Assembly: GCA_026417625.1 (NCBI GenBank)
Contig: JAOACW010000002.1
Coordinates: 139,237-203,236, forward strand
Length of the DNA: 64,000 nucleotides
Source: Syntrophales bacterium
GTDB taxonomy: Bacteria; Desulfobacterota; Syntrophia; Syntrophales; UBA8958
Reading direction: 5' to 3'
Positions 53,649 to 64,000 of this stretch are shown piece by piece (the first letter of the stretch is position 1; the number at the start of each line of letters is the position of its first letter). The position numbers and the translations under genes are program-made. Below the pieces are notes generated by a model. It was given only the letters and a program-made list of their open reading frames with translations, was not told the DNA's origin and ran no database searches.

Positions 53649-55640
53649 GTGACCTACATAGAGAAAAAATGGCTTCGTTTTCGGATAGCAACTGTACTTG
53701 CAAGTTTTGCGGTATTTTTTCTCGCTTTGATGACGCGAGCGTTCCAATTACAAATAATTTCAGGGGAAACACTCAAGAATCTTGCCAATCGTCAGCACTT
53801 TAAGGTTGCTGAAATATTGCCTGAACGTGGTAAAATTTATGACCGCAATGGTGTTGAGCTTGCAGTAAGCTTAATGGTTGAGTCAGTTTGTGCTGATCCT
53901 AGCAGAATTCGCAATCCCAAAGTGGTGGCTGATCACCTAGCCAGAGTCCTCGAAATGAATGTGGATGATATTTATAGAAAACTGACAGGAAGCGGTGGTT
54001 TTTCCTGGATTGCCCGACACATACCACCCGAGAAAGCAGAAATGGTCAAGGCATTGAGGTTGGATGGTATATATATGATAAAGGAGCCGAAACGTTACTA
54101 TCCTCACGGAGAATTGGCTGCTCATCTTCTTGGTTTTGTGGGGATGGACTCCGTTGGCCTGGAAGGTCTAGAGTTGAAATACGATAAGTACCTTCGGGGC
54201 ACACCAGATAGGCTGGTATGGGTGAGAGATGCAAAGGGTAGGCACCTTTATCCTCGTGTTGAACAGAGTCCGGACGGTAAAGGGGAAACCTATCATCTTG
54301 TGTTGACTCTCGACAGTAAGCTCCAACACGTGGTGGAATCTCAGTTGCGGGAGGCCGTGAAAGAGAAAGCGGCAAAGGGCGGCCATGTCATAGTGATGGA
54401 TCCTCGAACAGGGGAGATCCTCGCTATGGCAAGTGAACCAGCGTTCAATCCCAACGAATTTAGGCAGATTCCTCCTTTTATTCGGAAAAATAGGGCAGTA
54501 ACCGATAGTTACGAGCCCGGTTCTGTTTTGAAGCCTTTTGTAGTAGCAGCGGCCCTTGAGGAAAAATTAGTGAGAGAGGGAGACAGGTTCTATTGTGAAA
54601 TGGGACGTTATACAGTAGGTAACCGCGTCGTTCATGAGGCTCAGCACAAACGATACGGATATCTTAACGTTAGAGAGATTATTAAGTACTCAAGCAATAT
54701 AGGAGCCGCAAAGATCGGGGAGCGACTGGGCAGAGAGCGTTTGTACAAATATTTGAGCAGATTTGGATTCGGATCAAAGACGGGGGTTGGTTTGCCTGGA
54801 GAATCGCAAGGGCTGTTAAGACATTACACGTACTGGAGAAAAGTGGATACAGTGGCGGTTTCTTTTGGTCAGGGGATAGCTGCAACACCTCTTCAGCTGG
54901 TTACGGCGCTTTCTGCGATTGCGAATTCTGGGATACTTATGCGACCCTACGTTGTTAAGGAAATCCTTGACTCTCGTGGACGTGTGGTAGAAACATTTCA
55001 ACCCACGGTAGTAAGGCAAGTTCTTTCTTACGAGACATCTAGAAAGATGAGGGCCATAATGAAATCTGTGGTAAGTGACGACGATGGAACAGGAAAGATG
55101 GCAAGAATAGAAAGCGTATCTGTGGCCGGGAAAACGGGCACGTCTCAAAAATTTGATTTCAAAAAGGGGGTTTACTCCGTGGATAGGGTCTGGGCTACCT
55201 TTATGGGATTTTTCCCGGCAGAGGAACCAAAATTAGCAATTATTGTGGTTTTGGACGAACCCAGAAGAGACCGTTGGGGTGGTTTGGCATCTGCACCACT
55301 CTTTCAGAGGATCGGGGAACAAATTCTGGTATGCTGGAGAATGGACCTCCGGGACCGTTTGGTTGGTGAAAATGGTATAAATCAGTGGAAAGGAAATATA
55401 AGACTTGCTGAAGCTTTAAAGCCATATGTGGTGGTTAATGAGGATAGGATAGATGATAGTGGGAATAGAGTTCCCGATTTCAGAGGGCTGACGATCAAAG
55501 AAGCATTCAGGAAAGCAAGGGAAACGGGCGTGGAACTAAGTATAGAGGGAAGTGGTTGGGCTGTAAAACAGGACCCGTTGCCAGGTGCAGTTTTTGGTAG
55601 GTCAAGGTTTTGTAAAGTGATCTTTAGCAGGGGGATGTAA
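53649..55640 (+). CDS. ftsI: Division-specific class B penicillin-binding protein (FtsI/PBP3) with a C-terminal PASTA domain
   Basis: Transpeptidase motifs ..SVLKP.. (SxxK), ..SSN.. and ..KTGT... C-terminal ..VPDFRGLTIKEAFRKARETGVELSIEGSGWAVKQDPLPG.. is PASTA-like. Confidence 0.92.
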   Translation: MTYIEKKWLRFRIATVLASFAVFFLALMTRAFQLQIISGETLKNLANRQHFKVAEILPERGKIYDRNGVELAVSLMVESVCADPSRIRNPKVVADHLARVLEMNVDDIYRKLTGSGGFSWIARHIPPEKAEMVKALRLDGIYMIKEPKRYYPHGELAAHLLGFVGMDSVGLEGLELKYDKYLRGTPDRLVWVRDAKGRHLYPRVEQSPDGKGETYHLVLTLDSKLQHVVESQLREAVKEKAAKGGHVIVMDPRTGEILAMASEPAFNPNEFRQIPPFIRKNRAVTDSYEPGSVLKPFVVAAALEEKLVREGDRFYCEMGRYTVGNRVVHEAQHKRYGYLNVREIIKYSSNIGAAKIGERLGRERLYKYLSRFGFGSKTGVGLPGESQGLLRHYTYWRKVDTVAVSFGQGIAATPLQLVTALSAIANSGILMRPYVVKEILDSRGRVVETFQPTVVRQVLSYETSRKMRAIMKSVVSDDDGTGKMARIESVSVAGKTGTSQKFDFKKGVYSVDRVWATFMGFFPAEEPKLAIIVVLDEPRRDRWGGLASAPLFQRIGEQILVCWRMDLRDRLVGENGINQWKGNIRLAEALKPYVVVNEDRIDDSGNRVPDFRGLTIKEAFRKARETGVELSIEGSGWAVKQDPLPGAVFGRSRFCKVIFSRGM

Positions 55641-55641
55641 T

Positions 55642-57159
55642 TTGAGATTACGGGATGTGATAAGAGATACAGAAGTAATTTCCGTAAAGGGTGATCTTGA
55701 AGTGGAAGTTACCTCTCTGTGTTATGATTCTAGGCAGTGCGAGGAAAACAGCTTATTTGTGGCAATTCCAGGATTCAAAACCGATGGACATGCGTACGTT
55801 CAAGAGGCGATTTCTCGTGGAGCACGTGTTATTGTACATGAAAAAGACTTAATTTTTCCTAGTAATGTGACTGGTGTAAAGGTCAGAGATGCCCGGGACG
55901 CACTTGGGAAATTTAGCCGGAATTTTTACCGTAATCCATCCCGTTCTCTCTGTTTGATTGGTGTGGTAGGCACGAACGGTAAAACGACGATTACCTATCT
56001 GTTGGAGTCCATATTTAGAAAAGCGGGTGTTAATTGTGGTGTACTGGGAACAATAAACTACCGTTTTGAAGGTCGAGAAATTCCAGCTTCTAATACGACT
56101 CCAGAATCCTGTGATTTTCAGAGGATGCTCTATGATATGAAAGAAAGTGGGGTAAAGGTGGTTGTTGCAGAAGTATCTTCCCATGCTTTGGCATTGAAAC
56201 GTGTTGACGACTGCGAATTTGATGTAGGTATCTTTACCAATCTCTCCAGGGATCACCTCGATTTTCATGGAAACATGGAAAATTATTTCAATGCGAAGAG
56301 GCGTTTTTTCTCAGAAATTCTCGCGTGTTCACCGAAGAAAAGGGAACGGGGTATGATCGTTAATGTGGATGATATGTGGGGTAAAAGACTGCTAAGGGAT
56401 GTTCCTCTTAAGGCGTGCACATATGGTGTTGAGAGTGCCGCCAATATTAGACCTCTTCACTATGAATGCACTTTGGAGGGGATATTTGCCGAGGTAGCCG
56501 CAGGTGGTGTTGTGTTAACCTTAAATTCTCCTCTGATAGGAAAATTCAACCTCTCGAATATCCTTGCAGTGGTTGCCTGTGGACTGGTACTAGGTGTAGG
56601 AGCAAAAGACATCATCGATGGGGTGGCCTCTCTAAAGTGTGTTCCTGGGCGTTTAGAGAAGATTAGTAGGGATGGTCAGCCTTGTGTTTTTGTGGATTAC
56701 GCACATACTGAAGATGCCTTAAGTAAGGTTTTGGGGAATCTGAGGGAGTTTAAAACATCACGTGTCATAACGGTTTTTGGATGTGGTGGTGACAGGGACA
56801 GGGGTAAGCGGCCACTGATGGGAAGGGCTGCCTTGGAAGGTAGTGACTGGATCGTGATTACCTCTGATAATCCCCGTTCCGAAGACCCTCTTTCTATAAT
56901 TGCAGAGATAGAGAGTGGTATAAAAGATTTAGCGCGTAATGTTTCTCCAGAAAGATCGTTTGATCACCAAGGAAAGATCTACTCCGTTATACCGGACCGG
57001 AGGGAGGCCATTGAATTAGCTATAAGTCAGGCAAGACCTGGGGATATTGTGCTGGTTGCGGGTAAGGGTCATGAGGACTACCAGATCATAGGTGATAGAA
57101 AGATCTTCTTTGATGATCGGGTAGTAGCACGGGAAGCTCTGGAGAGGTACCATAGTTGA
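55642..57159 (+). CDS. murE: UDP-N-acetylmuramoyl-L-alanyl-D-glutamate--2,6-diaminopimelate ligase
   Basis: ..GVVGTNGKTT.. and ..DNPRSEDP.. (the DNPR motif suggests mDAP specificity). Confidence 0.93.
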   Translation: MRLRDVIRDTEVISVKGDLEVEVTSLCYDSRQCEENSLFVAIPGFKTDGHAYVQEAISRGARVIVHEKDLIFPSNVTGVKVRDARDALGKFSRNFYRNPSRSLCLIGVVGTNGKTTITYLLESIFRKAGVNCGVLGTINYRFEGREIPASNTTPESCDFQRMLYDMKESGVKVVVAEVSSHALALKRVDDCEFDVGIFTNLSRDHLDFHGNMENYFNAKRRFFSEILACSPKKRERGMIVNVDDMWGKRLLRDVPLKACTYGVESAANIRPLHYECTLEGIFAEVAAGGVVLTLNSPLIGKFNLSNILAVVACGLVLGVGAKDIIDGVASLKCVPGRLEKISRDGQPCVFVDYAHTEDALSKVLGNLREFKTSRVITVFGCGGDRDRGKRPLMGRAALEGSDWIVITSDNPRSEDPLSIIAEIESGIKDLARNVSPERSFDHQGKIYSVIPDRREAIELAISQARPGDIVLVAGKGHEDYQIIGDRKIFFDDRVVAREALERYHS

Positions 57160-57185
57160 ATATTTTACGAAGGTGTTAATGGGAA

Positions 57186-58598
57186 GTGAAGCTGACGGCG
57201 AAAGATATTACCCGAGCAACAGGTGGGTACATAGTGAGAGGGAGTGCTGATGTGGAGTTTTCTGGAGTGAGTACAGATTCCCGCACGGTTAACCGGGAAG
57301 AACTCTTCATATGTCTCATTGGGGAGAGGTTCGACGGCCACGATTTCGCAGAAAATGCTCTGCAAAAAGGGGCCAAGGGTGTGCTTGTGTCACGGCATAT
57401 TTCCCTCAATAAGAGTTATGATGCGACGATTATTTCTGTAAAAGATACTCTTAAGGCCCTGGGAGATATTGCCACTTTTGTCAGAGATAGATTTTCTGGA
57501 CCTGTGGTGGCTATTACAGGGAGCTCCGGAAAGACCACAACGAAGGAGATAATTGCAGCAGTTTTTTCTCAGTTAGGACCAACCCTTAGAACAGAGAAGA
57601 ATTTTAATAATCTAGTTGGTTTGCCCCTTACCTTGCTTCGGCTTGAAGGTAGGCATGTAGCTGCCGTGCTTGAAATGGGAACAAATTCTCCTGGGGAGAT
57701 ACGCCGTCTTACAGAGATTGCCCTTCCTACTGTTGGTGTTGTTACAAATATTGGTCCCGCACATTTGGAAGGTCTCAAGTCAATTGAGGGTGTTTTTGAG
57801 GAGAAGGTGGATCTATTCCGGTATATGCCCGGGGGGGGCACAGTTGTGCTTAACGTAGATGATGCATTTCTTAGAAGGTACGTGTGCGGGAGTAAACACC
57901 GATGTATAACCTTTTCTATAAGATATAATGCTGATGTCAGTGCCTCTGATATTACCCTGGGCGAGGAAGGTATATGTTTCACCTTGAACGTAAGGGAAGT
58001 TACTGATCGGGTTTTTTTAAGGTTGATAGGGCAACATCAATTGGGGAATGCCCTTGCAGCAACAGCAGCGGCTTTGGCAGCAGGTGTACCGTTTGATTGT
58101 ATCAAAAAAGGTCTGGAGACTGTTCGTCCCATTTCGGGAAGGATGAACGTATTGAAACTTTTAAATGGAGCTTTTGTGTTGGACGACACTTACAATGCAA
58201 ATCCCTCATCAGTCAGGGAGGCAATTCATACTCTAGCCGAGTTAAACAAAAACGGGCGCAGTATTGTTGTGTTGGGAGATATGCTGGAATTGGGAAAAGA
58301 TGCGCCTTTATGGCATCGAAAGATAGGTTCTCTTCTTGCGGAGGTGGGTGTGGATGGGTTGTTCCTCAAGGGAGAGTTTGCGGGAGAGCTAGCAATGGGT
58401 GCCTTGTCATATGGTTTCGATGGAAAGAAGATCCATATCGTGGAGGATAATAGGGAGTTAGCTGAACGATGCGCCGCTATCCTATCAGATGGTGATTGGG
58501 TTCTAGTTAAGGGTTCGCGCCGAACAAAAATGGAAGAAGTTGTTGCAAAGATTGTGGAAATTGTGGGTTTGAAGGAAGACAAGGAGGGTCGGGTGTGA
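57186..58598 (+). CDS. murF: UDP-N-acetylmuramoyl-tripeptide--D-alanyl-D-alanine ligase
   Basis: ..[12 protein letters not shown].. and ..DDTYNANP... Confidence 0.93.
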   Translation: MKLTAKDITRATGGYIVRGSADVEFSGVSTDSRTVNREELFICLIGERFDGHDFAENALQKGAKGVLVSRHISLNKSYDATIISVKDTLKALGDIATFVRDRFSGPVVAITGSSGKTTTKEIIAAVFSQLGPTLRTEKNFNNLVGLPLTLLRLEGRHVAAVLEMGTNSPGEIRRLTEIALPTVGVVTNIGPAHLEGLKSIEGVFEEKVDLFRYMPGGGTVVLNVDDAFLRRYVCGSKHRCITFSIRYNADVSASDITLGEEGICFTLNVREVTDRVFLRLIGQHQLGNALAATAAALAAGVPFDCIKKGLETVRPISGRMNVLKLLNGAFVLDDTYNANPSSVREAIHTLAELNKNGRSIVVLGDMLELGKDAPLWHRKIGSLLAEVGVDGLFLKGEFAGELAMGALSYGFDGKKIHIVEDNRELAERCAAILSDGDWVLVKGSRRTKMEEVVAKIVEIVGLKEDKEGRV

Positions 58599-59674
58599 TC
58601 TACCATCTTCTGTACCCACTCCACACAGTATTCTCCTTTTTCAATGTTTTCCGCTACATTACCTTTAGAACCATCTACGCGACAGTCACCGCTCTGGTAA
58701 TCTGCTTTATCATAGGACCTTGGTTGATAAGGAAGCTGCAAGAACTGCAGCTCAAACAACCGATAAGAGAAGATGGTCCAAGTAGTCATTTGTCCAAGGA
58801 AGGAACTCCCACGATGGGGGGACTAATGATCATATTCGCCGTTATTATATCGACTCTTCTTTGGGCTAATCTAACAAATCCTTATATCTGGCTGGTAATT
58901 ATGGTGACTGTGTCGTTTGGTCTTATCGGTTTTTTCGATGACTATCTCAAATTGACACGGGAGAATAGTAAGGGCCTCCCGGGACGAGTACGCCTTCTGG
59001 CCGAGATAACTGTTGCATTTTTTGTTGGCCTTGTCCTTTACTTCAAACCAAATTTCAGCTCAGCAGTAACCATGCCGTTCTTCAAGACTGTTTTACCCGA
59101 TATCGGTTGGGGGTATGTGCTCCTTACTGTTTTTATCATCGTGGGTTGTGCAAATGCCGTTAACCTGACAGATGGTCTGGACGGTCTCGCCATCGGCCCG
59201 GTGATTGTATGTTTTATGACTTACCTCCTTTTTTCTTACTTTTCAGGTAATGTAAAGATTGCCAATTATCTGCAGATTCCTTACGTTTCAGGTACGGGAG
59301 AGTTGGCGATATTCTGTGGAGCAATGGTTGGTGCGGGATTGGGATTCCTCTGGTACAACGCATATCCTGCCCAAGTTTTCATGGGTGATGTGGGTGCACT
59401 TGCCCTCGGTGGTGCATTGGGAACGCTGGCCATACTTACCAAACAGGAGATTCTTCTTGCAATTGTGGGTGGTGTTTTTGTTTTGGAAACTGTTTCTGTG
59501 ATTTTTCAGGTAGGATGGTTTAAGCTGTCGCACGGGAAGAGAATCTTTCGCATGGCACCTCTACATCACCATTTTGAACTTAAGGGATGGGCGGAGCCTA
59601 AAATAATCGTTCGTTTCTGGATCATTTCAATACTCCTTGCGTTGCTTGCCATAAGTACACTTAAATTGAGGTGA
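58595..59674 (+). CDS. mraY: Phospho-N-acetylmuramoyl-pentapeptide transferase
   Basis: ..KEGTPTMGG.., ..[13 protein letters not shown].. and ..APLHHHFE... Confidence 0.96.
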   Translation: MIYHLLYPLHTVFSFFNVFRYITFRTIYATVTALVICFIIGPWLIRKLQELQLKQPIREDGPSSHLSKEGTPTMGGLMIIFAVIISTLLWANLTNPYIWLVIMVTVSFGLIGFFDDYLKLTRENSKGLPGRVRLLAEITVAFFVGLVLYFKPNFSSAVTMPFFKTVLPDIGWGYVLLTVFIIVGCANAVNLTDGLDGLAIGPVIVCFMTYLLFSYFSGNVKIANYLQIPYVSGTGELAIFCGAMVGAGLGFLWYNAYPAQVFMGDVGALALGGALGTLAILTKQEILLAIVGGVFVLETVSVIFQVGWFKLSHGKRIFRMAPLHHHFELKGWAEPKIIVRFWIISILLALLAISTLKLR

Positions 59675-61044
59675 TTATTGTGGATTTTAAAGGGAAAAGG
59701 GTTCTCGTGGTTGGGCTTGCACGTACGGGTATAGCTGTTGCGAGATTTCTCCTTAAGAGGGGGGCTTACGTTTTTGTAACAGACATAAAACCCCTCCATC
59801 AGATTCCTGAAGCTGTAAGTTTACTTGAGCACTGCGGGGATAGACTTATGGTGGTTCCCCATAGCGAAGAAGCATTAGATGGGATGGATCTGGTGATACC
59901 ATCGCCGGGTGTTCCTCCGAACAATGTGATTCTCAGAGCAGCATCTGGACATGTGAAGGTTCTCAGTGAAATAGAAGTTGCCGCGCGTTTTTTGAAGCGA
60001 CCAATTATAGCTGTTACGGGTACCAACGGAAAGACGACGACGGTTTCTCTTACGGGATTTCTCCTCGAGCAAGGAGGTATGCATGTCTTCGTGGGGGGGA
60101 ATATCGGAAATCCGCTGATAAGTTATGTGGACGGTCCTCAGGAGGATGATTACTGTGTAGTGGAGGTTAGCAGTTTTCAGCTGCAGTGGGTGAATGATTT
60201 CCATCCTTATATCGCTGCCAATCTTAACGTGACAAATGACCATCTTGATTATCACGGTTCTATGGATGAATATAGAGCCGCAAAAGAACGCATTTTTGCA
60301 AATCAGACAGAGAGGGATTATGCGGTTCTTAATGCTAGTGATGCTCGTACATCAGAACTTCGGTCCACTCTTAGATCGAACGTGGTTGTTTTCAGTTCGG
60401 GCGGATCTTCCTTAGACTGCAATGTGTATCTGCAAAATAACGCCATTCATTATATCAATACGGATGGTTCTTCTGAATCATATCCTCTTTCGATTCTTTC
60501 TCTTAAGGGAAGGCATAATGCCGAAAACGCGATGGCAGCCATTGCAATTGCTCGTCTATGTGGATGTTCGGTGGAAAGTATAAAGAAATCTCTGCCGTTG
60601 TTCAGGACTCTTCCTCATAGGATTGAGTTTGCAGGCCAGGTGAGAGGAGTGGAATTCTACGATGATTCGAAGAGTACCAATGTCGATTCAGTGCGAAGGG
60701 CCTTGGAAACATTTGAAGATAGATCTGTGATCCTTCTTATGGGTGGAAAGGACAAAGATGGCGATTTCGCGAGCTTGAGGAATGTAATTAAAAAGCGAGT
60801 GAAGAACCTTGTTCTCTTTGGTGAGGCAAGGGATAAGATAGCAAAGAGTTTAGAAGACACTGTGTCCATGGTCGTTGTTCCCCGTTTGAGAGATGGTATC
60901 TATGAGGCATACAGTTTGGCCCTTCCCGGGGAAATTGTCCTTCTTTCGCCGGGATGTGCCAGTTTTGATGAGTTTAGAGATTACAGGGAACGGGGGGAGT
61001 TTTTCAAAAGCGTCGTAAGGGAGATTGGTAGAAGTGGTGGATGA
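59671..61044 (+). CDS. murD: UDP-N-acetylmuramoylalanine--D-glutamate ligase
   Basis: ..VVGLARTG.., ..[10 protein letters not shown].. and ..DSKSTN... Confidence 0.94.
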   Translation: MIIVDFKGKRVLVVGLARTGIAVARFLLKRGAYVFVTDIKPLHQIPEAVSLLEHCGDRLMVVPHSEEALDGMDLVIPSPGVPPNNVILRAASGHVKVLSEIEVAARFLKRPIIAVTGTNGKTTTVSLTGFLLEQGGMHVFVGGNIGNPLISYVDGPQEDDYCVVEVSSFQLQWVNDFHPYIAANLNVTNDHLDYHGSMDEYRAAKERIFANQTERDYAVLNASDARTSELRSTLRSNVVVFSSGGSSLDCNVYLQNNAIHYINTDGSSESYPLSILSLKGRHNAENAMAAIAIARLCGCSVESIKKSLPLFRTLPHRIEFAGQVRGVEFYDDSKSTNVDSVRRALETFEDRSVILLMGGKDKDGDFASLRNVIKKRVKNLVLFGEARDKIAKSLEDTVSMVVVPRLRDGIYEAYSLALPGEIVLLSPGCASFDEFRDYRERGEFFKSVVREIGRSGG

Positions 61045-62140
61045 AGGGAAGAACTTGGGTACACCCGATAAAGTTCTGTTTGCTGTGGTGCTTATCCTTA
61101 TTATCATGGGAACGATTATGATTTATAGCTCTAGTTCTATAATGGCACTTGAAAGGTTCAGGGATCCTCAATTCTTCCTGAAAAAGCATCTGCTTATGTT
61201 GTTGTTATTTGGTTTCCCCATCATGGTATATTTTATGAAAATGCCGTATGAATGGTTGCAAAAGCTTGCTTACCCTACCGTTATAATATCTATTTTTCTG
61301 CTCATACTTGTACTGATCCCACCTTTCGGACCTCAGATAGGGGGTGCGAAACGGTGGTTGAGACTAGGAGTGTTTTCCATACAGGTGTCAGAACTTGCAA
61401 AAGTGGCTGTAGTACTTTTCATGGCTCATTTTCTCTCGCGAAAGTACGATCTCCTTAAGGATCCTAAAAGGGGCATTGTGCTGCCCCTTACGGTAGTTCT
61501 GGCTGTGATTTTCCTTATACTAAGGGAGCCTGATTTTGGGACTGCTGTAATGGTTGGGGTTATTTCTATTGTAATGCTTTACATCGCCGGTTGTAGACTC
61601 CGTTATTTAGTTATCACAGGAATGATGTCTATTCCTTTTTTTGTCTGGCTTTTGGTTAGCAAGGCTTACAGGTTGAAGCGCTTGACTGCCTTTTTGGATC
61701 CCTGGAGCAATCCTCATAGTACGGGTTTTCAGATCATACAGTCATTTCTCTCCTTCGGATCGGGTGGAACTTTCGGTGTGGGGCTGGGGGATGGTATGCA
61801 GAAACTATTCTATTTGCCTGAACCCCACACGGATTTCATTTTGGCGGTTGTGGCGGAAGAAATGGGATTCTTCGGTGTTGCTGTGGTCATTATTCTTTTT
61901 GGGATACTCGTCTACAGAGGGTTTGTAATATCCATGCGGGCACCGGATCTTTTCGGTATGTTGCTCGCTTCGGGGTTGACAGTGTTGCTAGCCCTTGAGG
62001 CTTTTATAAATATAGCAGGTGTTATGGGATTGGTTCCTGTGAAGGGATTGGCCCTGCCATTTATGAGTTACGGGGGGAGTTCCCTTGTTATGAGTATGGC
62101 GGCAGTTGGAATGCTTTTGAATATATCGAGTCGTGATTAA
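61025..62140 (+). CDS. ftsW: Peptidoglycan glycosyltransferase FtsW (SEDS)
   Basis: Polytopic protein with ..GAKRWL.., ..LPEPHTDFI.. and ..PFMSYGGSS... Confidence 0.92.
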   Translation: MVEVVDEGKNLGTPDKVLFAVVLILIIMGTIMIYSSSSIMALERFRDPQFFLKKHLLMLLLFGFPIMVYFMKMPYEWLQKLAYPTVIISIFLLILVLIPPFGPQIGGAKRWLRLGVFSIQVSELAKVAVVLFMAHFLSRKYDLLKDPKRGIVLPLTVVLAVIFLILREPDFGTAVMVGVISIVMLYIAGCRLRYLVITGMMSIPFFVWLLVSKAYRLKRLTAFLDPWSNPHSTGFQIIQSFLSFGSGGTFGVGLGDGMQKLFYLPEPHTDFILAVVAEEMGFFGVAVVIILFGILVYRGFVISMRAPDLFGMLLASGLTVLLALEAFINIAGVMGLVPVKGLALPFMSYGGSSLVMSMAAVGMLLNISSRD

Positions 62141-63242
62141 TAAAGAAGGTATAAAGGTAATCATTGCTGGAGGTGGGACAGGAGGACATCTCTTCCCAGG
62201 AATAGCCATTGCTGAGGAATTTATGAAGAGATCTAGCAAAAACAGGGTACTTTTTATAGGGACGAGAAAGGGGATAGAGAAAAAGGTACTTGAAGAACTC
62301 GGTTTTCCTCTTCGCTTCATAGATGTTGAAGGGATTAAAAGAAGAGGGATTTTGAAGACGGTTGCTGCTCTGTTAAAGCTTCCGAAAAGTTTTGCTGAAT
62401 CACGAAGAATCCTGAAAACCTATGTCCCTCACATAGTCGTTGGAGTGGGAGGATACGCCTCAGGTCCGGCGGTACTAATGGCTGTTATAATGGGGATTCC
62501 CAGCGTGATTGCAGAGCAAAACGCAATTCCCGGCATGACAAATAGAATTTTGGGGCACTTTGTGGATCGTGTTTTTTTGAGTTTCCCCGATGAAATGGGA
62601 TGTTTCGACCAAGCTAAGGTGAGAGTAACGGGAAACCCCGTTCGTTCTGCTTTTTTGGAGGCGTCTTTCCACGAAAGAAAAAGAAATGGGAAGTTTACTA
62701 TTCTTGTATTCGGGGGTAGTCAGGGGGCTAGGACTTTAAACAGGACTTTCCTAGAAGCGTTGAACTACCTTGAGGAGATGAGGAATCTGATAAGAATTGT
62801 TCATCAGACAGGTGAGCATGATCTTAGCGAAGCAGAAAAAATGTACAGGGAGCGAGGTTTTGAGGCTTGTGTTTTTCCCTTTACAATGGATATGGCTCGT
62901 GCTTATGCCGAGGCGGATTTGCTCGTATGTAGGGCAGGGGCTTCAACGGTAGCTGAAATAACCATTGCGGGAAAGGCTTCTATACTCGTTCCGTATCCCT
63001 ATGCGGTGAACGATCACCAGGCAAAGAATGCTGAGTACCTTGCCAGAGAGGGTGCCGCTATACTTTTGCCGGAAAAGTATCTTACGGGAGAAAGATTGGC
63101 AAACATCATAATTGAATGTATACATGACCCTCAAAAGTTGAGTTACATGGAGGAAAGGGCAAGGAGTTTGGGGAAAAGAGAGGCAGCGAAGGCCATAGTT
63201 GATGAATGTCTAACTTTATTAATGGAGAAATCAGTCACATAA
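62133..63242 (+). CDS. murG: UDP-N-acetylglucosamine--N-acetylmuramyl-(pentapeptide) pyrophosphoryl-undecaprenol N-acetylglucosamine transferase
   Basis: ..[13 protein letters not shown].. and ..RAGASTVAE... Confidence 0.94.
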   Translation: MINKEGIKVIIAGGGTGGHLFPGIAIAEEFMKRSSKNRVLFIGTRKGIEKKVLEELGFPLRFIDVEGIKRRGILKTVAALLKLPKSFAESRRILKTYVPHIVVGVGGYASGPAVLMAVIMGIPSVIAEQNAIPGMTNRILGHFVDRVFLSFPDEMGCFDQAKVRVTGNPVRSAFLEASFHERKRNGKFTILVFGGSQGARTLNRTFLEALNYLEEMRNLIRIVHQTGEHDLSEAEKMYRERGFEACVFPFTMDMARAYAEADLLVCRAGASTVAEITIAGKASILVPYPYAVNDHQAKNAEYLAREGAAILLPEKYLTGERLANIIIECIHDPQKLSYMEERARSLGKREAAKAIVDECLTLLMEKSVT

Positions 63243-63255
63243 GAGAGTGAAGAGA

Positions 63256-64000
63256 ATGATGAAGAAGGAGAGGAACAGTTACTCACGTGCGGATGCCATG
63301 AAATGGAAGGTGCGGAATATCCATTTCGTTGGTATCGGCGGAATCGGGATGAGTGGTATCGCCGAGGTCCTTCTGAACTTGGGCTATAACGTATCTGGTT
63401 CCGACATAGCACTTTCGGATATCACTCATAGATTGGAGACACTTGGGGCTCGCATATATAAAGGGCACGACCGCCGCAATGTAGGGCAGACCGACGTGGT
63501 GGTTACTTCCACTGCGGTGCGCAGTGATAATCCAGAAGTTCTAGAAGCACTTAGGAGAGGAATCCCTGTTATCCCAAGGGCCGAGATGCTGGCTGAACTC
63601 CTGAAAATGAAGTTTTCCATAGCTATTTCGGGCAGCCATGGAAAAACGACCACTACCTCTATGATCGCCACTGTGCTTGCCGCAGGAGGACTGGATCCTA
63701 CGATGGTCATTGGGGGTAAATTAATGAGCATTGGCAGCAATGCCCGTCTTGGAGGTGGTGAGTTGATAGTGGCAGAGGCCGATGAGAGTGATGGTTCTTT
63801 TTTGAAACTCAACCCACACATTGCAGTAATTACAAACATAGATCGTGAACATCTGGATTTCTATCGAGGGATTGAGGACATCAGGGAATCTTTTCTGAAA
63901 TTCGCGAATAGCGTTCCTTTTTATGGATGCGCTGTTGTCTGCGGTGACGATCCCAACGTTCTTTGTATTCTACCAGAGGTAAAGAGAAGGATTGTGACGT
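63256..64000 (+). CDS. murC: UDP-N-acetylmuramate--L-alanine ligase, 3'-truncated by the window edge
   Basis: My translation from ATG 63256 is ..[18 protein letters not shown].., ..[13 protein letters not shown].. and ..EADESDGSF... The frame is open to nt 64000. It is not in the ORF track because no stop lies inside the window. Confidence 0.92.
   Translation, partial: MMKKERNSYSRADAMKWKVRNIHFVGIGGIGMSGIAEVLLNLGYNVSGSDIALSDITHRLETLGARIYKGHDRRNVGQTDVVVTSTAVRSDNPEVLEALRRGIPVIPRAEMLAELLKMKFSIAISGSHGKTTTTSMIATVLAAGGLDPTMVIGGKLMSIGSNARLGGGELIVAEADESDGSFLKLNPHIAVITNIDREHLDFYRGIEDIRESFLKFANSVPFYGCAVVCGDDPNVLCILPEVKRRIVT

Noticed and set aside
1-64000. Searched by eye for CRISPR arrays, rRNA, IS/transposase, integrase, phage, toxin-antitoxin or known defence genes
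   Set aside because: No regularly spaced repeats, no recognisable transposase/integrase/RT/nuclease-helicase defence architectures and no rRNA-like sequence. The tRNAs are not flanked by integrase or direct repeats. The window reads as core chromosome.

Overview
This is a chromosomal, mostly core-genome window from what looks like an anaerobic, diderm bacterium. That inference rests on gene content: LptE, an ArnT-like GT39, tungsten-type aldehyde:ferredoxin oxidoreductase, ADP-forming acyl-CoA synthetase and BcrAD/HgdC-type ATPases. I did not see rRNA, a CRISPR array, a transposase, an integrase, phage genes or a recognisable defence system.

Gene layout:
- 1-0.9 kb: tandem hsp20 genes.
- 1.2-3.2 kb (-): FmdE-like, isochorismatase-like and HMG-CoA-lyase-like operon.
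- 3.3-8.1 kb: rpsT; lptE-leuS; metK.
- 8.2-16.7 kb (-): one tightly packed 13-gene co-directional block, yceD-rpmF-fabG-acpP-fabF-rpiB-glyA-dCMP deaminase-nrdR-ribE-ribBA-ribH-nusB.
- 16.9-20.4 kb (+): gltX, tRNA-Glu(CUC), galE, DUF62 SAM hydrolase.
- 20.4-29 kb: accessory-looking stretch with a small bS22-like ORF, ABM, amidohydrolase, DUF169, a tandem-activase/DUF2229-like two-gene system and a family III CoA-transferase.
- 29-32.5 kb: PreP-like M16 protease plus a lipoprotein.
- 32.5-39.3 kb (-): pgpA-cinA-thpR-recA-recX-alaS.
- 39.4-44.1 kb (+): ferredoxin-AOR, then a GT2 / LAB_N / GT39 envelope-glycosylation module.
- 44.3-48.4 kb (-): alpha/beta hydrolase, radical SAM, ADP-forming acyl-CoA synthetase.
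- 48.4-50.3 kb: a 466-bp ORF-poor intergenic region, DUF362, tRNA-Leu(CAA).
- 50.4-64 kb (+): ruvX-mltG and the dcw cluster, mraZ-rsmH-ftsL-ftsI-murE-murF-mraY-murD-ftsW-murG-murC (truncated by the window edge).

Most noteworthy observations:
1. An uncharacterised fused double-ATPase activase with DUF2229-like partners.
2. A promoter, 130-nt leader and terminator/antiterminator upstream of a divergent metK, which is a riboswitch candidate that does not look like SAM-I.
3. An unlisted 29-codon bS22-like ORF.
4. A triple GTGGA direct repeat (MraZ-box architecture) over the mraZ promoter and RBS.
5. A perfect 12-bp hairpin burying a strong SD and AUG just upstream of galE.

All functional calls come from reading the translated ORFs and motifs by eye. 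No database, HMM or Rfam search was possible.
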